A stretch of DNA of 64,000 bases. It comes from Anaeramoeba ignava BMAN (lineage: Eukaryota; Protista; Anaeramoebae). The first letter of the stretch is position 1. The number at the start of each line of letters is the position of its first letter. Made by a program: the position numbers and the translations under genes. This document shows, piece by piece, positions 61,527-64,000 of this stretch. The notes below the pieces were generated by a model. It was given only the letters and a program-made list of their open reading frames with translations, ran no database searches and was not told the origin of the DNA. The stretch spans positions 1,116,001 to 1,180,000 of the forward strand of contig JAPDFW010000059.1 of the NCBI GenBank assembly GCA_028826165.1, given 5' to 3'.

Positions 61527-62030
61527 TTAGTTGAAAGTATCATTTAAAGTTTGGAGAGTTTGACAACAACAATCTCCACAACAACCACAATCACAACTAT
61601 TAAAGCAACCATTACAACTATCTAAACAACCACAATCACAACTATTAAAGCAACCAAAATCACAACAACCAAAACAAGAAGAAATCAAATCTGAATCACA
61701 ACAATCACAACAATCACAAAAACAACCATCAGTTTGTGAATAACAACAACAGCAACAAACACTTAAACAATTAGAATTGTTCTCCTTTTCATTGATTATA
61801 ATCATCCCTCCATCTGAATAAACTGGAGCAACAGCATTTGAATCATTTGTGTAATTTTGATTATTTTTTGAAATTAAGGCTTGTTTTTCTAAATCTTTTT
61901 CATTGTTTTCTTGTTTTTCTAAATCTTTTTCATTGTTTTCTTGTTTTTCTAAATCTTTTTCTTTGTTTTCTTGTTTTTCTAAATCTTTTTCTTCTACTAT
62001 TTCTGATGTTGTTTGATAAGGAGAATTCAT
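61527..62030 (-). CDS. Small Cys-rich-tail protein with EKDLEKQEN repeats
   Basis: MNSPYQTT... (similar start to MESPYESK of the 58202 gene), CLSVCCCCCY and repeated CFNSCDCGC units. Confidence 0.75.
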   Translation of the reverse strand: MNSPYQTTSEIVEEKDLEKQENKEKDLEKQENNEKDLEKQENNEKDLEKQALISKNNQNYTNDSNAVAPVYSDGGMIIINEKENNSNCLSVCCCCCYSQTDGCFCDCCDCCDSDLISSCFGCCDFGCFNSCDCGCLDSCNGCFNSCDCGCCGDCCCQTLQTLNDTFN

Positions 62031-62119
62031 TTTATAAAAAAAAAATGAAATTACTTTTTGGATTAAATTTGAATTATTTTTAAAAAAAAAGGAAAATTGA
62101 AATAAATTTATTAAATATT

Positions 62120-63010
62120 TATTTAAAAAAATTGGAATAAATTTATATTTAAATTTATTTTGGAATAATTATATTTTAAAAATTTAAATTTATTTAAAAA
62201 ATTGGAATAAATATTTATTTAAATTTATATTAAAATTTATTTAAAAAAAGTGGAATAAATATTTATTAAAATATATTAAATATTTATTTAAAGAAATTGG
62301 AATAAATATTTATTTAAATTTATATTTAAATTTATATTTAAAGAAATTGGAATAAATATTTATTAAAAATATATTTAAATTTATTTTAAAAAGTGGAATA
62401 AATATTTATTAAATTTAAATTTAAATTTATTTTAAAAAAGTGGAATAAATATTTATTAAATTTATATTTAAATTTATTTTAAAAAGTGGAATAAATATTT
62501 ATTAAATTTATATTTAAATTTATTTAAAAAGTGGAATAAATATTTATTAAAATTATATTTAAAAAGTGGAATAAATTTATTAAAATATATTTAAATTTAT
62601 TTAAAAAAAGTGGAATAAATATTTATTTAAATTTATTTAAAAAAAATGGAATAAATATTTATTAAATTTATATTTAAATTTATTTAAAAAGTGGAATAAA
62701 TATTTATTAAATTTATATTAAAATTTATTTAAAAAGTGGAATAAAAAATTTATTTATTTAAATTTATTTTAAAAAGTGGAATAAATATTTATTTAAATTT
62801 ATATTTATATTTATTTAAATTTATATTTAAATTTATTTAAATTTATTTTAAATTTATATAAGAAAAAGTGGAATAAATATTTATTTAAATTTATTTAAAT
62901 TTATATTTAAATTTATTTAAAAAAAGTGGAATAAATATTTATTAAAATTTATATAAATTTATTTATATTTATATTTAAAATTTATTTTAAAAAGTGGAAT
63001 AAATATTTTT
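62120..63010. repeat. Degenerate ~45-nt minisatellite with core AAAAAGTGGAATAAATATTTATT between divergent genes
   Basis: About 19 TGGAATAA cores, mostly 35-50 nt apart. Confidence 0.85.
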
Positions 63011-63060
63011 AAAAGAATTTTCTTGATTTTTTTTTTTTTTCATTTTTTCTCTTTCTTAAA

Positions 63061-64000
63061 ATGCAAAGATTTTTTGATGAAATTAATCAATCTCTTGATA
63101 AATCAATTTCTCAAAAAGATTTAAAACCAATTTCTAATATTCTTAATAGAACAAAAGGAGAAAATAAAGATAAAATTGTATTGAAATTTTTAATTTATTT
63201 TTTTAATTTTTTAATTTAATTTTTAATTTAGAAAGTGAAATTTTACAAACATTTTAAAAAAAGAAAAAAAAAATTTAATTAAATTTTCTTTTAAAAATAT
63301 TCTTTTATTTAAAGGATTTATTATTATTTTCTGCTTTACAAAAACCAATTACTTCAGAAATTTTAAAACTAATTTTAGAATTTGGAGTTAATATTAATTC
63401 AAGAAATGTAAAATTATTCACAAAAAAAAAGTCAAAAAAAAAGCAATTCAAATTAAGAATCGTTTTTTATTTTTAAGTTTGTAATCATTTCTATTTATTT
63501 AATAAATTAAACAAAATGTAAAAATTTATTTTTTTTGTTAAAAAAAATTAGAGAGTAAAATTTGATTTTGTATTTTTTTGATTAAATTTTTGATTTATTT
63601 TTTATTATTTTTTAGTCACAAATACCTTTGCATGTTGCTCTTGAAAATAAAAAAAGTTTATCTATAATTAAATTATTAATTGAATATGAATCTGATCTTT
63701 TTATTACAGATGTAAATAAATTTCGAAAAAAAATTTTTTTTCAATTATTTTTTAGATTAAAAATATTTTTTTGGAATCCAAAAAAACTAGCAAGTAAATA
63801 ATCAAAAATAAATAATCAAAAATTAAAAACAAAAAATAAAGATTAATTTATGTTCTTTTCCATTTATTTTTCTTACTATTTTTTTAGTTAGTAAAATTTC
63901 ATTTTTGATTTTTTTTGGAAATTAATTTTATCATCATTTTCTTTAATTAAAGAATGAAACACCTTTACACACAGCTTGTAAAAGTTGTGTAGATTTTGAT
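63061..64000 (+). CDS. Ankyrin-repeat protein (5' part, runs off the window) with 3-nt microexons; absent from the ORF track
   Basis: Exons 63061-63177, 63232-63234, 63315-63407, 63478-63480, 63552-63554, 63616-63711, 63791-63793, 63888-63890 and 63953-64000. Spliced: MQRFFDEI...NKDKI-K-DLLLFSALQKPITSEILKLILEFGVNINSRN-F-R-SQIPLHVALENKKSLSIIKLLIEYESDLFITD-Q-L-NETPLHTACKSCVDFD. Confidence 0.85.
63232..63234 (+). other. 3-nt microexon AAA (Lys)
   Basis: tttag|AAA|gtgaaa. Flanking introns are 54 and 80 nt. Confidence 0.65.
63478..63480 (+). other. 3-nt microexon TTT (Phe)
   Basis: tttaag|TTT|gtaatc. Flanking introns are 70 and 71 nt. Confidence 0.8.
63552..63554 (+). other. 3-nt microexon AGA (Arg)
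   Basis: attag|AGA|gtaaaa. Flanking introns are 71 and 61 nt. Confidence 0.8.
63791..63793 (+). other. 3-nt microexon CAA (Gln)
   Basis: actag|CAA|gtaaat. Flanking introns are 79 and 94 nt. Confidence 0.8.
63888..63890 (+). other. 3-nt microexon TTA (Leu)
   Basis: tttag|TTA|gtaaaa. Flanking introns are 94 and 62 nt. Confidence 0.8.

Noticed and set aside
4019-62030. Inteins, transposons or RNA genes
   Set aside because: I recognised no Hint/intein motifs, transposase or reverse-transcriptase ORFs, terminal repeats, or tRNA/rRNA-like sequence by eye.
62120-63010. Possible CRISPR array (conserved core with variable spacers)
   Set aside because: The spacers are related A/T sequence, unit lengths are irregular, the context is eukaryotic and no cas genes are present.

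Overview
This is very AT-rich, gene-dense eukaryotic DNA with spliceosomal introns. The QN/SK hexamer repeats, A-rich acceptors and a TCATTTT element before start codons suggest an Anaeramoeba-like metamonad protist (inference only). I reconstructed about 21 protein-coding genes by hand: Dcp2, ankyrin-RhoGEF, BTB-BEACH-WD40, a bacterial-PH-type membrane protein, GalT, three tandem FG-GAP/FN3 surface receptors, a CID/RPRD protein, a metzincin protease, ZNHIT3, an LRR-TIG-GILT fusion, ITPK1, a RING-TRAF-CHORD-like E3, PDI, a cluster of Q/N-rich proteins with Cys/CaaX tails, and a partial ankyrin gene. Most long low-complexity ORFs in the supplied track are microsatellite artefacts. The most striking observation is in the ankyrin gene at 63061-64000, which appears to use five single-codon (3-nt) microexons. 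Four of them occur as tandem pairs that supply the two beta-hairpin residues of each ankyrin repeat, the positions randomised in DARPin libraries. Also notable are a U12-type AT-AC intron in Dcp2, a Trichomonas-like Initiator motif upstream of nearly every gene, and satellite-filled introns. Several frameshifts in homopolymer or repeat tracts are probably assembly errors.
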